Assembly (NCBI GenBank): GCA_965215015.1
Contig: OZ244042.1
Coordinates: 4,928,001 to 4,992,000 of the forward strand
Length of the DNA: 64,000 bases
Direction of reading: 5' to 3'
Source of the DNA: Candidatus Poribacteria bacterium
Lineage (GTDB): Bacteria > Poribacteria > WGA-4E > PCPOR2b
This document shows positions 41,179-50,894 of the stretch, piece by piece. The notes beneath the pieces were generated by a model, which saw only the letters and a list, made by a program, of their open reading frames with translations, ran no database searches and was not told the origin of the DNA. The position numbers were made by a program, and so were the translations under genes. Within the stretch, counting starts at the first letter, position 1, and the number at the start of each line of letters is the position of its first letter.

Positions 41179-42156
41179 CTACGAAATTCCCAACTTCTTT
41201 AACTTAGAACGGAAAGTGGAGTAGGGGATGCCGAGGTTTTTTGCGGCCTGGCGGCGATTCCATCGAGTTCCTTCAAGTGCCTGCAAGATCCGCTCGTACT
41301 CGCTTTCGCCTGACGATTGGTCATATTGGGACTGCCGCTTTTCCAATGCGTCTCCTTGAATATTAAGATGTTTGACTCCTATCACCGAAATCTTTGGCGG
41401 ACAAAGAACCGCGGTGCGTTCAACGATGTTCTGCAACTCACGTACATTGCCCGGGTATTGATAATCCAGAAGGAACGATTGAGCCCCTTCTGAAAAGCCG
41501 TCAAAGCTGCGCCCACTTTTGGCGGTATATGCTTCCAGAAAATAGTCAGCCAACGGTAGGATATCCTCGGGGCGTTCCCGAAGCGGTGTTAAGTGGATAG
41601 GAAAAAGGTTGAGGCGATAGAATAGATCGCTGCGGAACCGCCCAGACTCGACAAGGTACGCGGGATTTCTATTGAATGCGCTGATAATACGCACCCGGAA
41701 GGAGATCTCCAGAGCACCGCCAACACGTCGCAGGGTCTGGTTATCGAGGACCCGTAGGAGCTTCGCTTGTATGCGGAGTGAGAGGCCAGCAGCTTCATCC
41801 AGAAAAAGCGTACCGTTATTTGCCATCTCAAAGTAGCCAGCTCTATCCGCCGTTGCATCGGTGAACGCTCCTTTGACGTGGCCAAAGAGTTCGCTTTCGA
41901 CCAGCGACTCTGGCAACGCCGAGCAGTTCACACCAACAAACGGTTGCTCTTCCAAAGACGATTGAGAGTGAATCGTTCGGGCGACCACCTCTTTTCCTGT
42001 ACCAGTTTCGCCGGTGAGGAGAATCCTATCAACATTTGCTCGGACCGCCTGCCGGATGCGCTCTCGCACCAGTTGGGTGGCGGGACTGTTTCCCACAAAG
42101 TTTGGATTTTGTATCCGTGGCTGGCGGTGGCTTGTTCGTCGGTTATCCATATCCAT
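41179..42156 (-). CDS. Second sensor-less sigma54 enhancer-binding protein
   Basis: GETGTGKE, GAFTDA, LFLDE, FRSDLFYRL, PGNVREL, HTH, with only ~20 aa before the AAA+ domain. Confidence 0.88.
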   Translation of the reverse strand: MDMDNRRTSHRQPRIQNPNFVGNSPATQLVRERIRQAVRANVDRILLTGETGTGKEVVARTIHSQSSLEEQPFVGVNCSALPESLVESELFGHVKGAFTDATADRAGYFEMANNGTLFLDEAAGLSLRIQAKLLRVLDNQTLRRVGGALEISFRVRIISAFNRNPAYLVESGRFRSDLFYRLNLFPIHLTPLRERPEDILPLADYFLEAYTAKSGRSFDGFSEGAQSFLLDYQYPGNVRELQNIVERTAVLCPPKISVIGVKHLNIQGDALEKRQSQYDQSSGESEYERILQALEGTRWNRRQAAKNLGIPYSTFRSKLKKLGIS

Positions 42157-42227
42157 TTACCTCCTTTTTGGGTAAATGTGACTTGACCGCTTTATCTTTC
42201 TGTCCCTACTCCTATTCCTTAATTTCT

Positions 42228-42814
42228 TAGGTCTTACGCAGTTGAAACCTCGACGCCTTGTCGGTCGAGATTCATATCTCGACACCGACAGAAAGGGTAG
42301 GCTCTGCGCTACCATTACAGATTCTGAAGACCATTCGGCTGTATCACTCGGATTGGCTGAACCAATTGAAGTCGAACCAACAGGTCAATCTGGATAAGCA
42401 AGGCAATCAACCTGTCTGCGAACTACCTATTAGTGAAAAAGGGAGCATCGTTCATTTGAAGGGATATGGATGGATTCAAGTTTTCAAGAGAGTTTTCCCA
42501 AACGGCAACGTTGAATACTGGGCAACCAGCGCCCTCTCAATGAGCGAGATGTATCGACTCAAGTCTGCCGAGTTATCTTGGTCAATTGAAGCATATCATT
42601 AAGGTATCAAGCAATTAGTCGGTATTGGGAGGTGTCTCGCACGCAAAGCAGTTGCCCAACGGAATCATATCGGGTTAGCATTACGAGCGTTTTTCCGCAT
42701 AGAACACCACTGTTTTTCGATGGCATTAGTAGGTTTGAAACCAAAGTCTCGATTATCAGAGACGCGGTGAACACTTATCTCCCTCAACCCATTTACACCT
42801 TTGTGTAACTCCTA
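42228..42814 (+). mobile_element. Degenerate IS701-family element
   Basis: C-terminal transposase remnant 'VHLKGYG..EYWAT..WSIEAYH*GIKQLVGIGRCLARKAVAQRNHIGLALRAF' with an in-frame stop. Ends TAGGTCTTACGCA and TGTGTAACTCCTA. Confidence 0.8.
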
Positions 42815-43186
42815 CCTCTTTCAAGAATGGGATATTTGGAAACTGAACAAAAAAATTATAGCACAAGCGGATTGACTTGAACAGCTTTTTATTTTACAAA
42901 AGGGTTGGAGTTTAATGGAAGTTGCGTGTTAGCCAAGCCATCCGCTTGCGTTCTTTCCCCTCCACTTGCGGGGGGCAGGGGTGGTACTCCTCTGGGATTT
43001 ACCAAAGCCGCCCGATGAATCGCCGAGGATACCATGACCATTGCGCCCCCTTATTCTAGTGTTGGCTTCGAGGGTTCAACTATGTAACTCCTACCTCTTT
43101 TACAAAATGCTTATCAAAAATCCTTTAGGAGTGTTACCTCCAAAATTTATGTTTGGAGATAACCCCCTGCCTTCGCATTGGTTTTC

Positions 43187-43215
43187 TTGCTTTCAAAAGC
43201 GTTTGGGTGTATAAT
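43187..43215 (+). promoter_or_regulatory. sigma70-like promoter
   Basis: TTGCTT-N17-TATAAT. Confidence 0.6.
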
Positions 43216-43465
43216 TGACCGACAGCTATACCTCCTGCCGAAAATGGTCATCAGGGGTAAAAGTCGAGACAGGTTTTCTCATACTGCGACGGTCGTTTGT
43301 TGTAGGAGGTATGGCTGCCCCCAGTTGCCCTGATAAATCGGGACATACCTGTTAGGCAAAGCCTGACAGGCAGGGCATTGTCCACTGCGGTAGCAGTTGT
43401 CAGACGGGCTCCGGTTCGCTATCCGCGTTGATAAGCATAATTCGACTCTTAAAGGAACAGGTAGG

Positions 43466-43498
43466 CCTCCCAATCCTCTAGGCGTGGGAGTACGTCAA
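43466..43498 (+). mobile_element. IS200/IS605-type right end
   Basis: CTCCCA...TAGGCGTGGGAG hairpin followed by TACGTCAA, closely resembling 2466-2486. Confidence 0.6.
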
Positions 43499-43559
43499 CA
43501 GAAGGTGTTCCTAGCGATACGCGGGTTTTGGATTCCCGCTTGGAACTTGTCCAAAAAAG

Positions 43560-43609
43560 TTAGCAATAGTTACTAACATCAGCAATAGTTGCTAAGCAAC
43601 AGTTGCTAA
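43560..43609. promoter_or_regulatory. Candidate upstream activator sites
   Basis: Three copies of palindromic AGCAA-YAG-TTRCT, 90-135 bp upstream of the sigma54 promoter. Confidence 0.6.
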
Positions 43610-43696
43610 TAATTGGATTAATCGCTTCAAAAATCCTTTGAACATTTTGCGTCGAAAGCCTGATGCTGACTGGCTTTGGACGATTATCGTTTCTTT

Positions 43697-43712
43697 TGGC
43701 ATGTTAATTGCT
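43697..43712 (+). promoter_or_regulatory. sigma54 -24/-12 promoter
   Basis: TGGCATG-TTAA-TTGCT. Confidence 0.8.
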
Positions 43713-43782
43713 TCTATGAGTTTGTGGTTGAATCCTTCAACCGTAGCGAAAAACATGGATTTTCAACAGGTAGCAACTTGGA

Positions 43783-44088
43783 TTGGCATATTCTCACGTC
43801 AGTGTGCTAAGATCTTTTGTGAAATTGAGAATCCGTTTTCACCTAACGGAATGCAAAAGCACTCCTTACAACGCACTTTTATGTGGGACAGTTCCTTTTT
43901 GTTCTCAAGAGGCATCCGCTAACTGTGCAGACGCATGGCGAAGGTGTTACAATGCTCGGGATTTAGCCATAACAATTTGTGCGATTGCTATAGTGGAGCC
44001 CACCCCTGCTGGAGAGTTGGCTTGTACGGCTGCTCTTGCGAATGCGGCCAGTTTGTGCGGGTACGCTTACCTATTTTGTGGCGGATAG
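43783..44088 (+). CDS. Putative precursor of a six-Cys helical-hairpin peptide (start codon uncertain)
   Basis: A-S-A cleavage-like site, then a 55-aa C-x6-C-x10-C-x14-C-x10-C-x6-C-GG segment encoded from 43921. Confidence 0.55.
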   Translation: MAYSHVSVLRSFVKLRIRFHLTECKSTPYNALLCGTVPFCSQEASANCADAWRRCYNARDLAITICAIAIVEPTPAGELACTAALANAASLCGYAYLFCGG

Positions 44089-44176
44089 TTTGCGGCGCAT
44101 GACCGAGACATGCTGAAACTCCTAGCAAGGGTTTCGGGATGTCTCATTTGCCTTTATAGGGAAAGGAAAATTACCC

Positions 44177-45547
44177 ATGCAACGTCATCACATTGCAGCT
44201 TTGTTTTTACTTGTATTTGCAGGACTGTCCTTTTATCAGGGATTCCACGACGGGGAGGTAGGACGTCCGATTTGGATAGGTATCGCATGGACTGTATTGG
44301 GAGTTGTCGCGTTTTTTTATGATAAATTGAGGGCCTGGCTTAGGCACGTTGTTGTCGCGCTACCATTCGCTCTCATGGGGGCAATGGTAATTAAAGAGAT
44401 TATCAGCGGGTATATCGTAGGGGCAATTGTATGGGGTCTTGCTTTGATTGTCGTGGGTGTCTTTGCGTTTTTTCAAGACAGGTCCTTCATTGCGGAAAAG
44501 GTGAGACCTTGGTTGAGACCCATCCCGTTTATAGCGGTGGGTATTTTGCTCATCTGGAAACTGTTTTTCCTCTCCGTTGTTGAACGAAAAATGGAAAAAT
44601 CCCCCAAGCCGGTAGGGTTTCACCAAAATCCGGACGTTTCTCCAGAATCAGCACTCAACAGCGATTTGCAAGAAGTGACCAAACCCGTTTTCAGTGACTC
44701 TCAGCAAAAGGTAATGGATATCCTTGCCTCTGAAGAAGTGAGGCAAGAGGTTAAAGCAGCCGCTGCCGCTGGGACTCCACCGGAATTTTTGAAGTCGTTC
44801 ACAAATTTCAAAGACTATATGATTTCCAAAGGTGTGACAGAGTTTGAGATACTTGATCAGGCCCCTTCACATTTTCAAGACCTATTTCAAAAACACCATC
44901 CCGGAAAGGCTCCCTCAGACTTAGATTCGGAGATGCGCCAACGCCTCATTGACATGGTTCAGGAGTTCGGATATGAGGAAGGACGCCAAAAATTTTTGCG
45001 TACACCGGAAATTGCAATTTGGACAGCGGCCCGATTCAATATCCTGGATAATCCGGGGGCCATTTCGGCGTGGACGGAAAGTGTTTACACGGACGAATTT
45101 GGGGATACTGTAGATGCTCTCAGTAGTGTTCCTCCTCCGGTGGTGTCCCCCGGCGACACAACCTTTGATGAAACCGCTTCCGACCTCCCTTTCACGGAAG
45201 TAGAACCGGCATCTCCGGACCGAGTGTCGACAGCAGCGTGGGAAGATTCTACACCAGCGATTGAACCGGAAAAGGTTGGCACCAAAGTGGCACCGGAGCC
45301 GCCTACACCTACTACCGAGGAGGGGATTGAAACCGCCCTGAAAGCGCAGTTTTCACCGGAGCGGTTCGAGCTGGCAATGTCCACTTTGGAACGGTATGGA
45401 CCGGAAGAGGGGCTCCGCTGTCTGAGAGAAAACGACCCGGAGGTTGCTAAGCAGATCGAAGGCTTGCGGAACGGAGTTGAAAACTCACGGCGTGCCGGAG
45501 TAGAACAGCACCACAACAGAGAACGCAAAGAGGAGGATTTCCAATGA
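44177..45547 (+). CDS. Membrane protein with ~5 N-terminal TM helices, an acidic Pro-rich linker and a C-terminal 'YGPEEGLR.L...DPE' motif
   Basis: 456-aa ORF with SD AAGGA. The C-terminal motif has internal relatives ('FGYEEGRQKF') and recurs in the next gene. Confidence 0.8.
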   Translation: MQRHHIAALFLLVFAGLSFYQGFHDGEVGRPIWIGIAWTVLGVVAFFYDKLRAWLRHVVVALPFALMGAMVIKEIISGYIVGAIVWGLALIVVGVFAFFQDRSFIAEKVRPWLRPIPFIAVGILLIWKLFFLSVVERKMEKSPKPVGFHQNPDVSPESALNSDLQEVTKPVFSDSQQKVMDILASEEVRQEVKAAAAAGTPPEFLKSFTNFKDYMISKGVTEFEILDQAPSHFQDLFQKHHPGKAPSDLDSEMRQRLIDMVQEFGYEEGRQKFLRTPEIAIWTAARFNILDNPGAISAWTESVYTDEFGDTVDALSSVPPPVVSPGDTTFDETASDLPFTEVEPASPDRVSTAAWEDSTPAIEPEKVGTKVAPEPPTPTTEEGIETALKAQFSPERFELAMSTLERYGPEEGLRCLRENDPEVAKQIEGLRNGVENSRRAGVEQHHNRERKEEDFQ

Positions 45548-45984
45548 AAGCGTTTCTGGTCGCGGTATCGTCGCTTTGTTTCTGTACTATTCTACTCTGT
45601 TTTTTTTGGCGTATTCAACGGATCGATTGCCCGGTGCCCCCGTAGTTGCTACGCCACAAATGCCAGTGGCGTCCGATCCCCAGTGTTCTCCCTGTGAAGA
45701 GCGGATGGCTTCCCTCCTAGAGATGATGGAACAGCAGTGGGAAAGAGAGCTGACTTCGTTTTTGGAACAGCCTGCATCACCGTTAGACCAAAGAGCGAGT
45801 GGTTGGCCTAGGTTGTCGCAGGAACAAGGAGAGCAGGCGAAACGGTTCTTTGACCAATACGACACAGAGGAAGGGCCCCGCCGTTTCAGGAAGGTAGATC
45901 CTGCGGGTGCCTCGGCAATTTGATCAGGAGCGACGGGAGTTGCCTGTCCGTTCCGAGTCAGGTGAAGAGCCCTCTACGCGGTAG
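45544..45984 (+). pseudogene. Doubly frameshifted partner gene with a 'QYDTEEGPRRF...DP' motif
   Basis: ATGA overlap with the upstream stop. One extra T in the T8 run (45600-45607) joins MKAFLVAVSSLCFCTILLCFF to LAYSTDRL.... A second shift near 45915 returns to the start frame (RQFDQERRE...STR*). Confidence 0.6.
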
Positions 45985-46175
45985 AGGTGCATCTTCAATT
46001 AATACAATCAGCGGTGTCATACCTTTTGTTACCGGTATGATACCGCTTTTTTGTGCTCACAAAACATTATCCTTCGATTGTCTATGGCGTGAGTCGGTTA
46101 AAACAGCTCAAAACCTCCCATCTTTTTGGTAGGATATGGTATAATTATATATTATAGAGTGTTGAGGGAAAAGCG

Positions 46176-47375
46176 ATGAGACTCCTCGAACATCAAAGCA
46201 AAAAGCTGCTCTCCAATTTCGGCTTGGTGTTTACGGAATCAACGCCTGTTAAGTCGATGGCTGAGGTGCGAGGAACCGTTGAACACATCGGGCTGCCCGC
46301 TGTCCTGAAAGTACAGATCCCCTTCGGCGGACGGCGGAATGTCGGAGCGGTGAAGTTCGCGGAGAGTGTTGATCAAGCAGTCGTTGCGGCGGAGGCGTTG
46401 CTCGGAATGGTTGTGCGTGGTACAACCGTTGACGTGATTTCGATTGAACCCAAACTAAATTACGATTGCGAGTTTTACGTTGGTATTACATGGGATACGG
46501 TTGCAAAGCTGCCGGTTGCCTTATTGAGTCTTGCCGGTGGCGTAAATGTTGAAGCTGCCCCGAGCGATCAGGTCGTCCGCCAGTCGTTCGATCCCTGGAT
46601 GGGACTCGCGCCTTACAAAGCGAGGGAGATGACTGCCGAAGTCGGCTTGACGGGTAAAACGCTCGTGGGAGTCGGGGAGGTCCTTGCCAAGTTGTCCCAA
46701 GCATTTCTTGCCTGCGATGCGGTCACAATGGAGATTAACCCGTTGGTCGTTGCTCAAGATGGATCGCTCATCGGACTTGATGCGCGGGTGGAGATTGAGG
46801 ACGAGGCGGTGTATCGACAGCAGGAGCGATTGGTGCCGTTAGGCGAATTGACGATGACCGCGGCGGGTCGTCCGCCCACCCCTCTGGAGCTTGAGGCACA
46901 ACGTATTGATGCGACAGACCATCGCGGTGTTGCCGGGCGGGTTGTAGAATTTGACGGTGATCTCGCGCTGCTGATCGGTGGCGGAGGCGCCAGTCTGACT
47001 GTTTTCGACGCGATTAAGGAGCACGGTGGGAGGCCTGCAAACTACTGTGAGGTGGGAGGAAACCCAACGGAGGAAAAGGTTGCCGCCATAACATCGCTCC
47101 TGCTATCGAAGCCGGGCGTAAGGGGGATGGCGGTTATCATGAATGTAGTGAACAATACCCGCGCGGATGTCATCGCTCGCGGCGTCCTGACGGGTGTTGA
47201 GGGGATGGGAAGGAAACCCGCGGAGACAATCAGTCTCTTTCGCGTCCCCGGCAACTGGGAGGGAGAAGCGAAAGAGATAATGGAGGCGGCCGGCGTCGAA
47301 GTGTATGGCCGTGAGGTGTCGTTGGATGCGGCTGCCCGGTTGGCTGTGGAAAGGAATCGGATTGATGCTGCTTGA
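46176..47375 (+). CDS. Succinyl-CoA synthetase beta-like ATP-grasp acyl-CoA ligase subunit (divergent)
   Basis: 'MRLLEHQSK', 'GGRR..G.VKF', 'EINPL', 'GGGGASL', 'PANYCEVGGNP'. Confidence 0.85.
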   Translation: MRLLEHQSKKLLSNFGLVFTESTPVKSMAEVRGTVEHIGLPAVLKVQIPFGGRRNVGAVKFAESVDQAVVAAEALLGMVVRGTTVDVISIEPKLNYDCEFYVGITWDTVAKLPVALLSLAGGVNVEAAPSDQVVRQSFDPWMGLAPYKAREMTAEVGLTGKTLVGVGEVLAKLSQAFLACDAVTMEINPLVVAQDGSLIGLDARVEIEDEAVYRQQERLVPLGELTMTAAGRPPTPLELEAQRIDATDHRGVAGRVVEFDGDLALLIGGGGASLTVFDAIKEHGGRPANYCEVGGNPTEEKVAAITSLLLSKPGVRGMAVIMNVVNNTRADVIARGVLTGVEGMGRKPAETISLFRVPGNWEGEAKEIMEAAGVEVYGREVSLDAAARLAVERNRIDAA

Positions 47376-48246
47376 CCCGAAAGCAGGCATTCTCGTTCAG
47401 GGGATCACCGGCAGAGAGGCGAGCCGTATGGTTGAGGACTCGCTCGCTTACGGGAGTAACATCGTCGCCGGTGTGACGCCCGGAAAGGGGGGGCAGCGCG
47501 TTCATGGGATACCCGTCTACGACACGGTTGCGGCGGCAGTTGAGAGGCATGGGGCGACTGCCAGCGTTATCTCTGTCCCTCCACCCGCTGTGTTTGATGC
47601 CGCACTGGAGGCCTTTTCTGAGGGTATGCAGCTCTGTCTGATTATGACTGAACGGGTTCCGCAATTGGACACCAGTAAATTACTGGTCGCTGCCCGTCGT
47701 ACCGGTTGTACCCTCATCGGTCCCAATTCGCTTGGGTTGATCCGTCCGGGGATTGCCAAGCTCGGCACTATCGGTGGGCGTGTGGACAATGTGCGTCGAT
47801 CGTTTATGCCGGGCAGTGTCGCCGTGCTTTCCCGCAGCGGGGGCATGACCACTGAGATCGCCAGCTATTTAACGAGCCGTGGGGTTGGACAGAGTATCGC
47901 CATCGGCGTGGGCGGGGATGCAATCGTCGGTTCTAATTTCACCGACCTGATCGAGCTTCTCGAAGCGGATCCCGCCACCGATGCGGTGGTCATTTACGGC
48001 GAGCCGGGTGGGGCTGCGGAGGAGCAGCTCGCAGCGCGACTCAAGCGGAAGCCTTCTCGGCTCCGAATAACTGCCTTTTTGTCCGGCAAGTTCGTCGATG
48101 ACCTTGAGGGGGTGCGGTTCGGTCATGCCGGGGTGATTGTTGAGGGGGGACGCGGTTCGGTGCGCGGAAAGGTGAAAGCGTTGCGTGAAGCGGGGGTATT
48201 TGTCGCTGAGACGTTTGAAGATCTGTTGCAGGGGCTTGAACGGTAG
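47365..48246 (+). CDS. Succinyl-CoA synthetase alpha-like CoA-binding subunit
   Basis: 'VQGITG', 'GVTPGKGG', 'IGPNSLG', 'SRSGGMT', 'GVGGD', 'RFGHAG'. Confidence 0.88.
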   Translation: MLLDPKAGILVQGITGREASRMVEDSLAYGSNIVAGVTPGKGGQRVHGIPVYDTVAAAVERHGATASVISVPPPAVFDAALEAFSEGMQLCLIMTERVPQLDTSKLLVAARRTGCTLIGPNSLGLIRPGIAKLGTIGGRVDNVRRSFMPGSVAVLSRSGGMTTEIASYLTSRGVGQSIAIGVGGDAIVGSNFTDLIELLEADPATDAVVIYGEPGGAAEEQLAARLKRKPSRLRITAFLSGKFVDDLEGVRFGHAGVIVEGGRGSVRGKVKALREAGVFVAETFEDLLQGLER

Positions 48247-48429
48247 GGTCAATCCGTTTTTTAGTATTCTGTCGAGATATGAATCTCGGCCTACGGACCT
48301 ATTTTTCGTTTTTCCGATTTCTCGCTTTTTCTTTGCATGTGAGTCTGCACAAATACTATTTTTCCAGTTTAGGTTGCAACTCGGGACTTACACCAACCGC
48401 TGGCTCTGAAACATGAGGAGATTAAATCG

Positions 48430-50703
48430 GTGTACGGTATCAAAGGGTTGTTTCGGTGTCTATCCGTCATCTTCCTATTTGCATTATTCATATATTTACC
48501 TGCTGCACACCCCCAGCAATCCACCGTGAAGCCTGGGGAGATTCGTGGTAGGCTTTCTCATCAAGAAACGGGCAATCAACTGGCAAACGCCACGGTTCGA
48601 TTGGTCGAAATAGATCGACGCACCCAGACCGATGAGAATGGTGAATTTCGATTCGATAATCTGTCTCCCGGTGATTATACGTTGACTGTGCTTGCTGTCG
48701 GCTACCGTCTGCTAGAGGAGGGCAAGGTTGCCACAGTGCAAGCGGGCGCAATCACTGAAGTCAAAATTTATCTCGGCCCTGTTAATGTGATGCTGGAGGA
48801 GGTTGAGGTCCAATCGACATCGATACCGGCGACCGTCGGTCGGCAGACCGTAGGTGTTATGGAGATTAAGCGGATACCCGGCAGCGTGGGAGACGCACTC
48901 CGAGCACTCCAAGCCTTGCCGGGGATTGGTGTCGCAAGCGATTTCGACGGACAACTCTATATCCGTGGGGGCTCGCCCGATGACAACCGTTTTTACCTTG
49001 ACCGTGCCCCACTTTTTTATCCCTACCATTTTGGCGGACTGGTTTCAACTGTCAATTCAGAGGTGCTCAACAGGATTGATGTCTATGCAGGTGGCTTCGG
49101 GGCGGAGTTTGGGGCAGACGCACAAGCCGTAATCGACATCTATTCGCGGCGGGGTAGGGAAGATCGGGTAGGTGGCAAATTTAACCTGAACCTCCTCTAT
49201 TCGGAGGGGTTGCTTGAGGGCCCGATTGGGAGCCGGGGGTCGTGGTATCTCGCTGGTCGACGGAGCTACGTCGACCTCTTTCCGATAGAAGCTACGCGGA
49301 TTACGGCGTTCCCGCGATTCTGGGATTATCAGGCGAAGGTCAGCTATAATCTGTCTGAAAAGCATCAACTCGACGTTAAAACGTTCGCTGCAGGCGATGT
49401 CATAGGGTTTAGGTTGGGGTTGGCCGATGTGGATTATGACCCGACACTCGCAGGGCGATTCGACCTTGAAGGGCACTTTGATGTACAAGCGGCAGATCTC
49501 AGATCAACGCTGACAGACCGCCTCACTTCACATTTCTCACTCTCGCGCGCGAGTTTTTTACAAGCCTTTAGCTTTGGTCAAGGACTTTTCCTGAGACTGG
49601 AGCCGGTCCAATACGAACTTCGTGAAGATCTCGGCTACCGTTTGAATCCGAAACATCAGCTCGAATCCGGGTTACTTGTTTCGACGACCCAGTGGAACGG
49701 ATCTGCCTACTTTCCTCGCCGCCCCGATGAAGGGGATCCGAAGGCAAGCGAATCTCAATTTTTCACCTTTGAGGAGAAAATCGCTGCAGACTTTGAAGAA
49801 CGGTTCAACTTTATTGAGGGATATCTCCAAAATCGGTATGACCCGTTGGCGTTCTTATCGGTTACGTTGGGGCTGCGGCTTGACTATTTCAACCTCACCG
49901 ATCGCGTCTCCGTCGGGCCGAGAGGCAGCCTTCGATTCAAGATGCCGGGCGGTTCAGAGCTCCGGTTTGCCTACGGTAGATACGAGATTAGCCCCTATCC
50001 GTGGCAAATCGTTCCGGGATACGGGAATCCTGATTTGAAAGAGAATACCGCGGTTCATTACATTTTAGAGATGGAACGGGAGATCAGCCCCCAAACACGC
50101 TTCAAGGTTGCAGGCTATCAGAAAGATTTTAGCGACCTGATTACGCGAGACCAAAGTGTGGGATACCTTAACCAAGGAGAGGGATTTGCCCGGGGCATTG
50201 AGCTTTCGATCAAACATCGCGCCGGTGATCGGTTTTTCAGTTGGGTGAACTATGCCTATTCAGTTGCCAAACGTAAAGACAGGCCCGGTGAGATAGAGCG
50301 GCTTTACTCGTTTGATCAGCCCCATGTCGCAACACTTACCGCGAGCTATATGATTACACCGACATGGGAGATTGGGGCGAAGTGGCAGTACCGCACCGGA
50401 AATCCGTACACGCCGGTGATTGGTAGGGAGATCATGCCCCACCCCCTTACGGGGATGCCTCGCTACACTCCCCTCTTTGGCGAGACTAATTCGGTTCGGA
50501 TTCCGCCGTTCCACCGCTTGGACCTCCGTATTAGTAAGTCTTTCATCTATCAGCGGTGGCGGTGGGGGATCTTCCTTGAGTTACTCAACGCATATAATCG
50601 CAAAAATGTGTTGGATGTTGATTACAATCGAGACTACACGCAGGAACGGAACCTGTACCAATTGCCGTTGATCCCGTATCTGGGGTTAATGGTTGAGTTT
50701 TAG
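48430..50703 (+). CDS. TonB-dependent receptor with carboxypeptidase-regulatory-like N-domain
   Basis: Signal peptide, 'TDENGEFRF.NL.PG.Y', plug 'LQALPG..LYIRGG', 'RLDLR', terminal Phe. Confidence 0.9.
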   Translation: MYGIKGLFRCLSVIFLFALFIYLPAAHPQQSTVKPGEIRGRLSHQETGNQLANATVRLVEIDRRTQTDENGEFRFDNLSPGDYTLTVLAVGYRLLEEGKVATVQAGAITEVKIYLGPVNVMLEEVEVQSTSIPATVGRQTVGVMEIKRIPGSVGDALRALQALPGIGVASDFDGQLYIRGGSPDDNRFYLDRAPLFYPYHFGGLVSTVNSEVLNRIDVYAGGFGAEFGADAQAVIDIYSRRGREDRVGGKFNLNLLYSEGLLEGPIGSRGSWYLAGRRSYVDLFPIEATRITAFPRFWDYQAKVSYNLSEKHQLDVKTFAAGDVIGFRLGLADVDYDPTLAGRFDLEGHFDVQAADLRSTLTDRLTSHFSLSRASFLQAFSFGQGLFLRLEPVQYELREDLGYRLNPKHQLESGLLVSTTQWNGSAYFPRRPDEGDPKASESQFFTFEEKIAADFEERFNFIEGYLQNRYDPLAFLSVTLGLRLDYFNLTDRVSVGPRGSLRFKMPGGSELRFAYGRYEISPYPWQIVPGYGNPDLKENTAVHYILEMEREISPQTRFKVAGYQKDFSDLITRDQSVGYLNQGEGFARGIELSIKHRAGDRFFSWVNYAYSVAKRKDRPGEIERLYSFDQPHVATLTASYMITPTWEIGAKWQYRTGNPYTPVIGREIMPHPLTGMPRYTPLFGETNSVRIPPFHRLDLRISKSFIYQRWRWGIFLELLNAYNRKNVLDVDYNRDYTQERNLYQLPLIPYLGLMVEF

Positions 50704-50894
50704 GGGTAATACGGAGTGAAATGTGAAAACCATTTGTTCATTTTAAGCGTTCATTTAGCCGCAATGGAGCGACAGGTGGCAGCTTGCGTTATTTAGGAGG
50801 TTGGCAAACAGGTCATATTCCTAGTACCGTTAGATTGATAATTCAATGGAAGTATAGAGAATTTCTAAGGCGTGGAAAGGGAGGAAGTAACATA

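Noticed and set aside
43353-43355. Pyrrolysine read-through of the TAG in the tiny ORF
   Set aside because: No pyl genes or methyltransferase context in the window.
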